From Marsupella aquatica (Eukaryota > Plantae > Marchantiophyta): 64,000 bases of DNA. The first letter of the stretch is position 1, and each line of letters starts with the position of its first letter. The position numbers were made by a program, and so were the translations under genes. Shown piece after piece: positions 49,772 to 62,140 of the stretch. The stretch covers positions 744,860-808,859 of the forward strand of contig OZ316893.1 in assembly GCA_973895155.1 (NCBI GenBank), in the 5' to 3' direction. Below the pieces are notes generated by a model. It saw only the letters and a program-made list of their open reading frames with translations. It made no database searches and was not told where the DNA came from.

Positions 49772-52700
49772 TTGTGATTTTTTAGTTGCGTTCTTAGCAG
49801 GATAGTTGTGAAAGGTGCTGAAGCAGCATCTGCACATTCACATCGTATACTTGTTCAGCAATTAGCCCATTTCACTTCCAATCGTGAAAAGTTGGAGATA
49901 TGTTAGGTGCAAGCTGCTAGGGACCTGGCATGTCAAAGACGGCAATCAGTCACACAGTAGTTTGTAGTGTGTACATTACAAGGCTTAGAATTCAGATGAG
50001 TCAGAGACACTGGCTCATATCTCTTCTAGATTTACATTAAAAAACGAACAAGAGAAACTGAAGCATGCGGATGTCATTGATGGCCTTGTTAGGGCCTCTG
50101 ACGTGAATTTGAAATGGTCTTTCTTGGAAGGAGGGAGACAAGCGGCTCTGGTTTGTCATACAGTATCGGTCTATTTTAAAGGAGGAACCAATGCCAGCAT
50201 CGTTGGTCAGGCACTGCTCTTGATTGGGGTGAAAGCAGAGAGTTAATTTAGAGCGCGAAATTATAGTTCGATCTATAATTTTAATTCACCCTGTTCTTGT
50301 TAGAAAGCTTGTCCGCAGTGCTCAAATTGGGGAGGACATTCATACTCATATCAGCAGTGCTTGTGGACTCTTAGATGACAGTGCCCCGGTTGTGATGGGC
50401 AGAGGAACAGAAGACATAGCAGCTGCGATAGGACAATCAACACGATAGTCAGAATGTAATTGCTGAGGTACATTTGCGCACTCCACGGATTAAATCCGTA
50501 TGTTTCACTCGTATCTGGTTACATTGTACATGTGTATTGTTTCTTGTCTCATTCCCTATATAAACATTGCCATACGATTCCTCACCACTTTACTGTGGAC
50601 TGTACTCGGCAGAGGAAAGGGCAAAGTGTGCCTGCATTGTGTGAACCTTTGAATGGCAATGCCGTGTCTTGAGGGCAGGGCAGGGCCGGGCAGGATAAGG
50701 ACGCAACCGATAAATGCATTAGGTCGTATCAAAATAATCTGCTTTGGCTCTATTCGGGATTTTAAGATTGTATGGTTCAGAATGATGACCTCCAGGTAAC
50801 CCGGAATGTCCATTCCCACCCCGTATCGTTCCCAGTCAGAGAGAGCTTTATAGTCCTGAGCTGGTCCCGTGCTGCAGATCGCCGCTATCTTGATGCGTTC
50901 ATCTTGCACTGTGGAGTTGACTAGTATGAGTGGGGATCGGTAGCGGCGGTAGGGCACCCGAGCTTCGAAGTAGACTCCTCACAGCGCAAGTCCCGTAACA
51001 TCCAGTCAACTTTGAGCGTTAGCTATGGCCGGATTTTTTCTCTCTGAAATGCACCACCAATGCAATGTAGAGACTGGAGGCGTGCAATCTTTGCTTGGGC
51101 CTTTATTTCACCTGTACTACAGCACATTGACTGTGTCATTGCACCTCTTGTCAGCACTTGCAAGTAACGATTGTAGAATGTGGATGTTGCACATAAAATC
51201 ACATGTACATGATGATTTAATCAAGGTTTGCTGAATATGACGACAGAATTACCATATGCGATTTGTAAAGTACCAAAATTGTTTCTGGAAGGCTCTGCAT
51301 ATACTTAAAACAACCTGATCTGGCTCGTAGCTCTGCGATAAAACTACACGTACTTAAGCTGGAAGCTCAAAGTTCTGTTTTAGGCTACCAGAGGAGATTG
51401 TGCCCACGCCTATCCACATGAGTAGGATTTCGATATCGTTGCAATTCGCGAATCATAGTTGGGTGAGGAACGGCTTCAATGTTGCCTCACAAAAAGCTTT
51501 TCGGCGACGAGACCCATGTAAAGAATGCACCCTGTGCGTAGAATTCTCTCTATATAGACTTATGACGTCAATGTGTGAGCACACTTTCAATAATAAGGAT
51601 CGGTTGATGGTCTTCCATCGGGCCCAGCAGACCGTGCAGAGCAGAAGCAGTCTGGCTACCTTTACAGGGTTCCCATATTGTGGTTCGATTCTGCTTTCGA
51701 AAGAACGTAATGCACTAATCCAGAATTCAACATTCCCTGAATCTGCATGAGGCGACTCTACTTGCTCTGTTGCAATAGGTATCCTTCGTTCATTCCCTCT
51801 GCTTGATCTGATTGGATTCGTTTCTGCCGCCAGGATCGATAAATCAAATCTTGTGACATTTTCTTCCTGCATGGATAATCTTTTTCTATTAGAACGAATT
51901 TACAGGATTTTCCATTCTCCACATCGTTGAAAGTTGTGTGACAGCGCGTCCAGGTACATTATCTTCCTTGGCATCTAACTCGGTCTAAGACTAGTCTAAC
52001 CAAAGCCAGAGGAAGGAAAAAAAGTTCCTTTCTGATTCGTTCGAAGACTCGTCTAACCAGTGCCGAAGGGACGAAAAGGAGAATGTGCACAGCTTTAAGT
52101 AGAGCGGAACTGTAGTTGCGCAAAACTGATGTCAAAGGAATATTAATGAGTGGACAAAGAGACGGATTCTCACATTTATTGGTGAGCGGCTTTTATAGGA
52201 ATGTTTCTGAGAAAGCACGCACCCGTGCAGAAGTTCTCTAAAAAGAGAACATGGTGCAGATTATATTGTAGGGGGATGATCAGTCAAAAGATAAAAATAG
52301 CTTTAGAAAGACGTAAAAGATATTCGCAAAAGCTGATTCAATGGGTCGATTTTGAATTATCGTAGGGAACTGCTCATTACTAGAAGAAGTAGCAAAGATG
52401 CAGACAGCACCTGGCAAAAAGCTGATATTCGATGTTGATGCTTGACCAGCTGAGGAATTCAATCTCTCTAATTAGTGATAAAGTAATAGAACTGCACGAT
52501 GATTACTCAATCCATCGGACACTAGGTGGAATAATAATATGAACGGGAGCCGGACCGGTTTCCAACCAAGGAAGTAGTCCAGATCAATGACACTCATCCA
52601 ACTTTTAGCCATCACGGGGACACTGATCAAGAATGCTCATGAACATTGAGGACCTGAGATTGTATTAAGCTTTGAGAGCAACAACCAAGTAGTAGCCTCT

Positions 52701-55607
52701 GTTGTTCTCTGTACTACTAGCATTCATTCAACAGATCCATCAGGACTAGGCATCTAAACAGATACAAGGTACAGTAACCCTCTGTTTCTTCTTCATAATT
52801 GATTGGGATAAGAATGAAAACCCCGCCCAAAATTTTCCACTGCTTTGAAGATCATTATAGAGCAGCGTAGAGTTCATCGCCTTGGCTCACAAGCTTACCA
52901 TCAATGAAATGCAAAGCTGGTCTGCAATCTTGCATGAATCGAACCGAACTCACCGTCCAACGCACACACAAAAAGATCGATGAATCAAACAGAGAATCCG
53001 TTCCGTATTCCTTCTTCATGACGAGGATCACTTCCGCGTCAGAATTCTTTGTACTCCCTCCATGAGACGTGGGAACTCTTGCTAGCCCTTTCCTTTGCTC
53101 TTGATCCCAATCTCTGTGCATAGCCCACCCTGGCTAGTTCGATACGTTTGCACCGGGTTCCGCAGCAAGGTGGGAGAGAGTATTGATCTGGCCCATGACG
53201 ACTATGGATTTATCTATCTTGCATCGATCCATCCAATCTACTCTTTCATGAAAATAAAAAGCAACGGAAGATGGCTCGTTACCCTTCACTTCGGTTTGAG
53301 CCTGGCATTATCGTTGGCCAATGACAAGCTGGCAGCTCATAGAATTCGAAGGGCTTCGAAGAGACGCCGAAAGTTAATTCATTTCTGCAGGCGATCTACA
53401 CAACATGGTTACTTTGATGAGCTTGCTCCGATGGATTCCATGGGCCATTCCAGAAATGAAGCTGCAGCAGTGCATCCGTTCTGTGTATTGTTCTCGGTCT
53501 CCCTACTCCTGTATCAACTTCCTCGTGAAGTCCAGTGGCACACAACACAGTAGGTTGCTACCACTTGGACTTATCGCAGATTTTCGTAGGATGAGCATCA
53601 CTTATCGCAAAAGGGTATTTCACTGTTCCAGTTGGTTCCTGCTCCAATTCTGTTGGACCTCCCCCTCTATTCTGTCAGGTCACTCTCCCAGCCCAGTCAC
53701 GTGAAGGCTCTGCTTTCCAGATAATTAATGATTTGTTTCAATACGCTTCACTCTATTTTTTTTAGCTTGGAAGTATTGCGGATAACTACATCCCATTCCA
53801 TGAAACAGACGACAGGAGGAGGAGGGCCCCAGCCCCGGTCCTGTTTCCTTTGGACAGAAAGTCATAAAGCTAAACGAATTCAGCTGAAATCTCCAGTTTG
53901 AAATCTTGCATTGGAGATGAAATCACACTGCCAACGAAAGAAAAAAATGTCAAACCGACAAGATTTAGAAGGGAGGACAACCAAAAATGGGGAGAAACAA
54001 GAGAGAAACACACGAAGATCAAAGAGCCAGAGAGTCCCTGACAATGGCAAAAGCAGTAAAGCCCTACTCAACGCTTCACTGCGAAGATTGGTAAAGCTCA
54101 TGAGTAAAGTGTACACGTGACGAAGAGGAATTTGTCGACACGAAAACCAGGTGGACATGATTATCAATACTAGAGATCTCTACTGTAGATCGGAGTGCTT
54201 CAACAAAGTGCCTGGTCAAGTCAAGCAACAGGGTTCCCAGGTCATGCTTGGTCAAGGCATGCAACAGAATTCCCAGCCCATGAGTTCAGCTCCTGCAGGT
54301 TTCAACAACATTATGAGATTGAAGGAGAGGGTCCATTTACATCTTAAGAAAAATCAATTAAAGTGAATCTGAAGCCTGGATGGACTGAGCTTGTAAACCA
54401 TACAATTCAATTGGACCATGACATCCTTTAGGGGAGTTGGAGTATGGGATAGTACTTACAAAAAGAACTCAACTCATTCGGTGAGTCAGTTTCCATGATC
54501 TCTATGTTTGTTTTACTGGTTGCCAGAGTAGTTGCTCGTATTTTAATGCTATTGGGACCCATCTAAAATAAATCACTTTTGCAATTGATCTGTTGTGTCA
54601 TTTGTTGGGGAAATATTGCACAGCGTAACATCAAATAGAACCAGCATAACAAGAAATTGATTGACACTGCCACAAAGATAAGTGATTCACCCTGTGTGGA
54701 CTACTTACACAACTGCAAGAAGAGTCACTATGTACAAACCAGTAGATCTGTTGTAGCCTGAATAGCTCACAAGCTGCTTTGTGACCATCCTCTTCTCTCC
54801 TTTGGGTATACCCCCTCTCTAGTAGTATAATCCGGGTCTAACCCAAGAAACCCTTAACCATGGTCAGTCTGCCCCCTAGTTACCCTCTCCAGGCACTAGA
54901 GTTAAGTACCAACAATATTTTGAGACAATTCAAAATGATGGAACATTATGCCAATTTTAAGCACATTGAGGCCCAAAGGTTGTCCATGTGCCAATCCCAC
55001 CAGTCTAAGTTAGTGAACTAAGAAAAGAAAAATTGAACTACTGGAATATCTTGTAAATTGCACATTTGTATTAAGAATAAATTATTTCTAGTGTCGATTT
55101 TGCTCAAATGATAAACACCATGCTATAAAGTTCATTGACAGTGTGACCGTACTAGTCTAGGTCTTGGATAGAGCTCCTCTGAAATGGTCCTTCTGGGTCT
55201 CATGGCCTGATGTTTTTGCTATTAGGATTTACTCTAAGGTCTAGAGTAAGTTACCACTTTACAGCAATTAGGGCTATTTAACCTTAGTCGCAGACTAGGT
55301 TAGGTTAGTCATGTTGTGCACACACTATACCCAGGCGGTGTTTGCTAGGATAGGAGAAAGTTCTCGGTGACAATATTTGTGCATTGGATGGTCCATGGGC
55401 TTGCCGTTGCAATTGTTGTCTATGCTCAACACGTGCATCCTAGCGTCCTTGGTGCCTTTATGTTCCTTAAGACAACATAGCAAAATTTTACAAGAGAAAG
55501 GTGTGAGCATAAATGCAAGGAGCCCCAAATTGGATTTCAAATAGAAGAGGTGGAGGGGCAAAATATTTGGCAAAAATTATACTAAGTAAATAGACAAGCA
55601 ATTCACT

Positions 55608-55893
55608 CTCGGGGGTCTCACTATATGGAGACCTCCCCATCACCTGCAACATTTTTAGGCCTTGGACCCCATAAAATGTAAGAAAAATAAATTATTTGTT
55701 AACCCCTATAAAGTTGGAATCTAAAATTTTGATTAATTAAAAATACCCTAATGTTCTTATAAGTTTCAAAATTTGATTTAAAAGGCCCTATTGTTTTTCT
55801 CAGAAAATTCTTAAGTCTTCCCTTAGAATCAATAAAATGACCTTATCCTTCTCGCACGTGATGTGCCATTTTTGTGGAAGTGAAACCCTCAAA
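55608..55893 (+). mobile_element. MITE, family A copy 2 (286 bp, imperfect TSD AATTCACT/TATTCACT)
   Basis: Starts CTCGGGGGTCTCACTATATGGAG and ends TCGCACGTGATGTGCCATTTTTGTGGAAGTGAAACCCTCAAA, like copy 1; flanks match at 7 of 8 positions. Confidence 0.85.
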
Positions 55894-56080
55894 TATTCAC
55901 TTGGATGATGCATTAGATTCCCAAGGCTGTAAATCATGATTGGCCATGAATGAAAGTATCACTACATACTCGCTTATTAGTCAAATCTATCAATCAGTTG
56001 TTACTTTATCTAAGAGAGGTAGTCGAGATGTCGTGGCTAAACAAAATCTTGACAAAATAATTTATTCTTTGTAGTTGCAT

Positions 56081-56366
56081 CTCCGGGGTTTCACTTCCAC
56101 AAAAATGGCACATCACGTGCGACGAAGTATAGGGTCATTTTATTGGTTCAAAGGGAAGACTTAAGAATTTCTGAGAAAAACAATAGGGTCTTTTAAATCA
56201 AATTTTGAGACTTATAAGACCATTAGGGTCCTTATAACCAAAATTTTGGAATATTCCAACTTTGTAGGAGTTGAAAAATTAAAAAACAAATCTTACATTT
56301 TAGGGGGTCCGAGGCCTAAAAACATTGCAGGTGATGGGGAGACATCCATATAGTGAGATCCCCAAG
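56081..56366 (-). mobile_element. MITE, family A copy 3 (286 bp, perfect TSD AGTTGCAT), inverted relative to copy 2
   Basis: AGTTGCAT at 56073-56080 and 56367-56374; the reverse complement aligns end to end with 55608-55893. Confidence 0.9.
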
Positions 56367-57553
56367 AGTTGCATCTATCCCCAACAAATGTTGATTTTGT
56401 TAGACATTCACTTTTGGGTCTAGAGTTACTTTGTAAGGAATCCTTTTTCTGTTTTCATGGGACACCACACAAGAGTAAGCCTCACGGTTGACTTGCAGGC
56501 TGGAAAAACCCTGGTTTATGTTTTGTATTTCTTGTCATAATTCCTCCAACTACACAAGTGCCAATGGCACAATGCACATTGAACCCACCCAAGATGTTTA
56601 AGGCAGAACCTATAATCAGTTTATAAGTTGGAGCAGAACTCATTGTAGAAACTAGGGGCACTATGATTGACCCGATGATTGAGGCTGGATTGAGGTTGAG
56701 ATCAGTTGGTCACAAAGCCACCCCTGGCCACTTGAGCTGACGATCAGGCATGCAAAAGTTTACCCTTGCCTCCTCATTGTCTATCTGGCTGAAGGGAGGG
56801 AACTCCTAGAAATAAAAACAACAGGCACAACACCAAAGCTTCTTGCAAATCAGTTGCAGATGACATTATCCCAAACATTTCCCAGGAAAACAAGGTATAT
56901 GCTTCATTGAACCCTTCTCTGAAAATATTTAGTTCATGTCACAGTTTACACCCCTTGTGACACTTTTATGTCTGATATTCTTGTAGGGGTTCTGATAAAG
57001 TGTGATGTTGGATACTATACCGGACTGGATAAAAACAATATTAATGAACAAAGACTACCGGCATTTGAACCAGAAACTGTGTGCGGTCTGCAGGCTGTGA
57101 CATGAACCGCACATCACCAGCCATGCATTAGACCATTGCCGAAACTGAGAGTTTATGGTAATTGGATTTGTGAAGTGAAGCCAATAGGGGGTCTCAAACT
57201 AGGCGCCCGGAAATTTTTCCCGGACGGCCGTCCCCCAAAATTCCAGGCCAAGACGGTCACCAAAACCCAAGTCCCGGGTGAGCAAGACCAACGGGGTACT
57301 TGCTTTGAGAGGGCCCACCGCGGGTGTGCCGGACTAAAAAAACTCGCCCCCGCCCATATCTAGTTCGAAATCGTCACTGATGCTGCCATTTTTTACTCTC
57401 GTCACCATGAGACTTCCACGCACATTTTGACAAGGAGCCATGAATGTGCAGCCACTTTGTTGAAACATTTGAAAGTCTCAAACTTCCCCCCCCAGAACTT
57501 GACGCAGAATTTTGGGATCCAAGTGAGAGGCTGGCCCTGTTATAGAGGATACC

Positions 57554-58903
57554 ATGGACCCTTGTGAGCATGACTCTGCACATGAATTTGGCAAAGCACA
57601 GCAAGTTGAGATTCAGAATTTGTTTGGACCAACTGACTTTGTGCAGGATTCTCAAGCAGCCGAAGCTATGGTTGTAGGTGGTGCATCCGGTGGAGCACAA
57701 GCTAGATCTGCACCTCATCCGACAACAAGCACTCTTGTTGAGAACAGAAAGTTGTCAAGGGATGACTTATCGAAGATAGTAGATTGGCTCGAAGATCCTA
57801 ACAACTATGCCATGCTTCATGGGTCGCGAGCTCGGCTAGCAGTTGGGGAGAAGCATCCCTCGAAGAAAACAGTGTTCAAACTGATGCTTGTGCTCCTGCA
57901 TTCTAACGGATTTGCCAAGTTTGTGATGACAGGAGAGAATCTGGGAAAGAGGTTTAACAGATACACATCCAAGTGGAAGGAGGCCCTGGCAATTAAAAGT
58001 GACTCTGGTGCTGGGCTAACCTTGGCTGAGCTGAGGGTGGGGATTACTCTAGAAGACAAACTCGAGAAGATTTGCCCACATTTTGAACGGATGAGTCAGC
58101 TTTATGGGGAGCGGGCTAATGTGGCACCTCCAGCATTGGCTCAATGTGGGATACCTGGCCAGCCTGAGCTCATTTGTGATCCAACATCTGATGATGAAGC
58201 ACAAGATTATGACAATGTTGGGCTGCAACAGGATGAATCTGAATTTCCTGTCGACGATGGAGCACCAACCCAGCAAGAAGACATTCCCCACACTGCTTCT
58301 GAAGTGAATGGTGGAACTCAAACTCATGCCCAACCCGCAGCGACTGAGCAAAACACTGCTAACACCGGCACACCAGGCAATGTCGAAGAGAAGTCGCAAT
58401 CTAGGCCTATTCCTACTCCACCTGGGAATGGGCAAAGGCGTGTTCCTAATAAGAGGGCTGCCCCACCTTCAACGCAGGCACAGTCTAGATCATCTATGGC
58501 CGACCTTTACCTAGACAAGATTGGTGACAAGTCTATGTACAGACGAGAGATGATTCAAACTAAGGACAAGTGGAGAACCCAAGAATTACTTGATAGGCGA
58601 GAGGCTAGAGAAGTAGCAGCAGCTCAGCAAGACAAGAAGGATCGAATACAAAGGAGGCATGAGGAGAAGAGGGCTCGGTTGGAGCACCAACACCAGGTAG
58701 ATTTGATCCATCACCAGCAGCACGCAGCGTTGCTTACAGAGCTCTTTAGGGGTAATCGATCTCAGGATGAAATGAAATCCCTCTTGAATCTTATTCCCCC
58801 TATTCCTTCCAATGTCAATGCTGGCCCTCCTCGCAGGGCTCGTCCACCCACTACTACTACACCACCTTATGACAACCAGCCAATCAACATTGACAACAAA
58901 TGA
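57554..58903 (+). CDS. Transposon accessory protein (ORF2; Myb/trihelix-like helical N-terminal domain, low-complexity middle, charged coiled-coil C-terminus)
   Basis: Intact 449-aa ORF inside the TIRs, convergent with the transposase; motif IVDWLEDPNNY...KRFNRY..KWKEA....DSGAGLT...LEKICPHFERMSQLYGERANVAP is typical of Harbinger-associated second proteins. Confidence 0.75.
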   Translation: MDPCEHDSAHEFGKAQQVEIQNLFGPTDFVQDSQAAEAMVVGGASGGAQARSAPHPTTSTLVENRKLSRDDLSKIVDWLEDPNNYAMLHGSRARLAVGEKHPSKKTVFKLMLVLLHSNGFAKFVMTGENLGKRFNRYTSKWKEALAIKSDSGAGLTLAELRVGITLEDKLEKICPHFERMSQLYGERANVAPPALAQCGIPGQPELICDPTSDDEAQDYDNVGLQQDESEFPVDDGAPTQQEDIPHTASEVNGGTQTHAQPAATEQNTANTGTPGNVEEKSQSRPIPTPPGNGQRRVPNKRAAPPSTQAQSRSSMADLYLDKIGDKSMYRREMIQTKDKWRTQELLDRREAREVAAAQQDKKDRIQRRHEEKRARLEHQHQVDLIHHQQHAALLTELFRGNRSQDEMKSLLNLIPPIPSNVNAGPPRRARPPTTTTPPYDNQPINIDNK

Positions 58904-59504
58904 CTATTAGGTTCTTTGAATGATCTATGTGTTTACAATGTAAATTTCAGCCTCGCAGACTATGGAATGCCAGGCTGGTTCTCAAAATAAAGCAATCTTT
59001 TTGTTTTGGAGATGAATACTGTCTTTCTGATTCTGAATTGTAGTCATCATATATGGCATTATATATTGCTTGTGCTTTCTTTGCATGCAATGTGCAATTG
59101 GCTCAAGGTCGGTATTATATCCGGAGGGTCCATCGACAACAGAATTTGTTGACGGCATGGATGGGAACTGTGATCTTGATTGTGATCAGTGCAATTAAGA
59201 ACCAGAGCCAAGTCTGGACACAAGTAAGTCGATGCCATCGACACAGTAACATGAAAAGGTCATGAATTAATACACAGAAGCCTGAGATTACAAAATTTTG
59301 GTCATTACAAAAAGGAGTCTCAAAACTCTCAATACTCTCATTGCATTCGACTTAGTTGCTTCTGAACTACTGCTACAACAATTGAATGGTGATACATAAT
59401 TCTATGCAACCCTAACTGAATATTTATCCTTCTTGTTCACTTGATGGACTCTGATACTGAACTCTCGTATATACTCCAACATTTCAAAGGCTTTCTAATA
59501 CCAG

Positions 59505-61056
59505 CTAGATTAAGGTAGTCGGTGCCTGAGCTTCCCGGTGCGAAAACCTCCCTGGTTGTCGATAGTGCTCCAAGGCTCCATCCATGACTCTTACAAGAAA
59601 TGCATTTCCAGCTTGTACCAAAGCACGTCGAGAAACTCTGCCTGGATCCCGATGCTGACCAGGATGTCCATTCACGCTAGGATCTGGATAAAAGTCCTCA
59701 TTTTAAAGTCACCATCTTGCTCCCTCTGTAGCGCTATATCCTCAGGTGTCCACGCATCATTCCTGTTAATCACATAGTTGTGCAATTTTGCACACAAACT
59801 GATCCACCGTACCATCCAAAGGTTGTCCTTTTTGGTGTTCAATTATTCGGACTTCCTTTAAGGAATGCCATCTACTCTTCAGAACACCAATACAGTGCTC
59901 ATTGGTTACCCTGCATTTGGTCACACACATATTGAAATCTTCTTTATCTGGTATCATGTTTGTCCTCTTGAATGCAGACACCATGTGTGGAAGGGCCTGA
60001 TAACCCGAATCACCTAAAATGTACTGGTCTGCTTCAAATAGTGAATTTCTTCTCACATCAGTCAAAAAGGGTAACAATGGGGACTTCTGCACACAAGGTA
60101 GATCAGAGCATGATCCAGGCATTCCTGCAAAAGAGCAGTAACATCCCAAAGTCAATAACAGAGCATACAAAGTTCTGGTGAATTCCTCAAAATAATTCAA
60201 ATGGATTATTATTACCTAAGAACAGAAATATAATCTTCCTGCGATGGTCACAGACCACTTGCACATTGATGGAATACCGACTCTTACGATCATAGTAACA
60301 CTCTCCAAGCAGGGCAGGGCGTTGTGACAGAGGGCAAAGGGATCCATCAATGAGAGCGATGCAGCCTCAAAATCCCAATCTTTCGAATGCCTCTAAACTC
60401 GCTTCCCGTTCCCTTCTGGTAGGCCATTCAATGTAGTCTTTCAAAACGCTCTCCAAAGCTAGAAAGCAACGTTTAGAGTAGTTTACAACTGAACCACAAC
60501 TCACACCCCAAGTGGGTATCATATGATTTAAGCATGCACCATTCCCATCGTGACCAAGCCGGTCCAAGCATACCGCTAATTGTGCCTCTATAGGTGCTTG
60601 CTCACAATTGGACTGATTCTGGAAGACTGGGTGTCCTTCAATGAGGGAAAGAAGGTGATAAAAAGAAGACTTGTCCATCCTAGTGAGCTGCCTAAACAAA
60701 GGATTGGCCAAGCAATGGAAGAATTGTTGTGGAAATTCTTTAGATTTAAGGTTGACATGACGATCAACAAAATAACAAGTATTGTACATCACAAAGTACA
60801 GCTCTAACAGGTCGGTTGGATTCTCATCAGAGTTGGACCACTCTTCTCCTTTCTGATCATCAGATGAGCTATCCAGATCCAAGTTGGACTCAATGTCAGT
60901 ACTGAAGTTGTCTCTGTCAAAGTTTGAGAATCGTTCTAGGTCAAGGTCCACACATCCAGTATCTTCAGAACTATCAGAACTCTGTACAGCAATGGCCAAT
61001 TCAAGGCGTTGCCTTACTTGTCTCAAGCCTCTCTGCCTTTCAGAAAATTGAGGCAT
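59505..61056 (-). pseudogene. Harbinger/HARBI1-type DDE transposase, disrupted (TGA at 60369-60367; intron approx. 60216-60125; frameshift near 59843)
   Basis: FRQLTRMDKSSFYHLLSLI, EAQLAVCLDRLG, GVSCGSV (HTH region); F*GCIALIDGS, YYDRKSRYSINVQVVCD, GMPGSCSD, ILGDSGY, FN..VTKCRVTNEHCIGVLKSRW and, after the shift, LCAKLHNY. The D-D-E triad is visible. Confidence 0.9.
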
Positions 61057-61239
61057 TTTCAAGCGCAAGAGCTGTCATCCAGTGATGAAGAAAGTCAGTG
61101 CATATATAGATGAAGCTATGAACACAATGCAACAATCGTCATGCATAGTCCTTCACAAGAATAAGTGCAAAACAAATGTATTTCTCATGTAATAACCAAG
61201 TACATTATTGTTGTCCAAAGCAAGTAGACTATTCTATCC

Positions 61240-61899
61240 CTATTCGAAGTCCTCTAAATCTGTATTCCTCAATTGCAGCACAAGGTCTGCGAGAATTTTC
61301 TTTGCACTCTGTTGTTTCCCGGGAGAGGACTTTGGTTTTATAGAGCTTTGAGTAGGTGTCCTTGGAATTCTAGCATCCACAAAAGTCAATCTTTTAATGT
61401 GCATCTCAAGACCTTTCACTTCAAGTGAGACTTGGAGCTTGGGCAATTGCTTGAGAATGTCATGGACTACTGTACATTGCTCATATTCAGGCAGAATGCT
61501 GAATTCAAGTGGAGTATATTTTAGAAGAATGCTAGCACAATTCCAAAGGAGAACCTTCACAGGCTGCACACCACCATGAATGGCATCAAACAGAACCAAT
61601 TGGAATCGGAAGGCAGGCTCTCCAGGTAGGTGATGCCCACATTTTGAGCCAAATTCCAGGGACTTGTTACATCGTTGACCATCATCGTCTCTGTGGGGGC
61701 AAGAAGAGTAAATAACTTTCGTCAGGTAGGGATTTCGGGTTGTGTAGTTCGCTGCCCAGACTAAAGACGGTGGGAAATGCATACTGATCCCTTCAGCCCT
61801 CTTCTCCTCCACATCTAATAGAGACATCCACTGAGCCATGGCCTCCTGGCAGACAAGCAAGCATTCAGGCATTTCCACATCCTGATTGCGATTGAACAT
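61240..61899 (-). CDS. Intact 219-aa ORF resembling RPA70 C-terminal (DBD-C) zinc-ribbon OB fold, carried inside the transposon
   Basis: IYSSCP-x8-CNKSL-x5-CGHH-x4-PAFRFQLVLFD-x8-VKVLLWNCASILLKYTPLEF parallels the RPA1-C pattern Y.ACP..CNKKV..C..C..YRY.L.L.I.D...V..F...A..LLG..A.E; ATG 61899, stop 61240; no introns. Confidence 0.65.
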   Translation of the reverse strand: MFNRNQDVEMPECLLVCQEAMAQWMSLLDVEEKRAEGISMHFPPSLVWAANYTTRNPYLTKVIYSSCPHRDDDGQRCNKSLEFGSKCGHHLPGEPAFRFQLVLFDAIHGGVQPVKVLLWNCASILLKYTPLEFSILPEYEQCTVVHDILKQLPKLQVSLEVKGLEMHIKRLTFVDARIPRTPTQSSIKPKSSPGKQQSAKKILADLVLQLRNTDLEDFE

Positions 61900-61977
61900 T
61901 GGCGAAGAGAGCGAGTAGTAATGACTGAGGCGACTTAAAAGGATAAGGACTTACAGGAAAAGCAAGAATGTTGAACG

Positions 61978-62140
61978 TCGATGGACACTCGCAAGCTGCA
62001 CAATCACATTCACAATGTCAAAGGAATTTCGCACACGCAAAGCCGCAGCGTCATTCACATTCCTCGATGGACGCCCTGCAAGCTGCACAATCACATTCAC
62101 AATGTCGAAGGAATTTTGCAAACACAAAGCCGCAGTGTCA
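61978..62140. repeat. ~87-bp tandem duplication in the right subterminal region of the transposon
   Basis: TCGATGGAC...GCAAGCTGCACAATCACATTCACAATGTC.AAGGAATTT.GCA.AC.CAAAGCCGCAG.GTCA occurs twice. Confidence 0.9.

Noticed and set aside
50550-53700. Several 90-150 aa ORFs with coding-like composition
   Set aside because: No recognisable family or consistent exon chain; may be decayed gene fragments.
55605-56369. A single foldback/MULE-like element with ~290-bp TIRs
   Set aside because: Each arm has its own 8-bp TSD and matches the solo copy at 22794-23121, so it is two MITEs.
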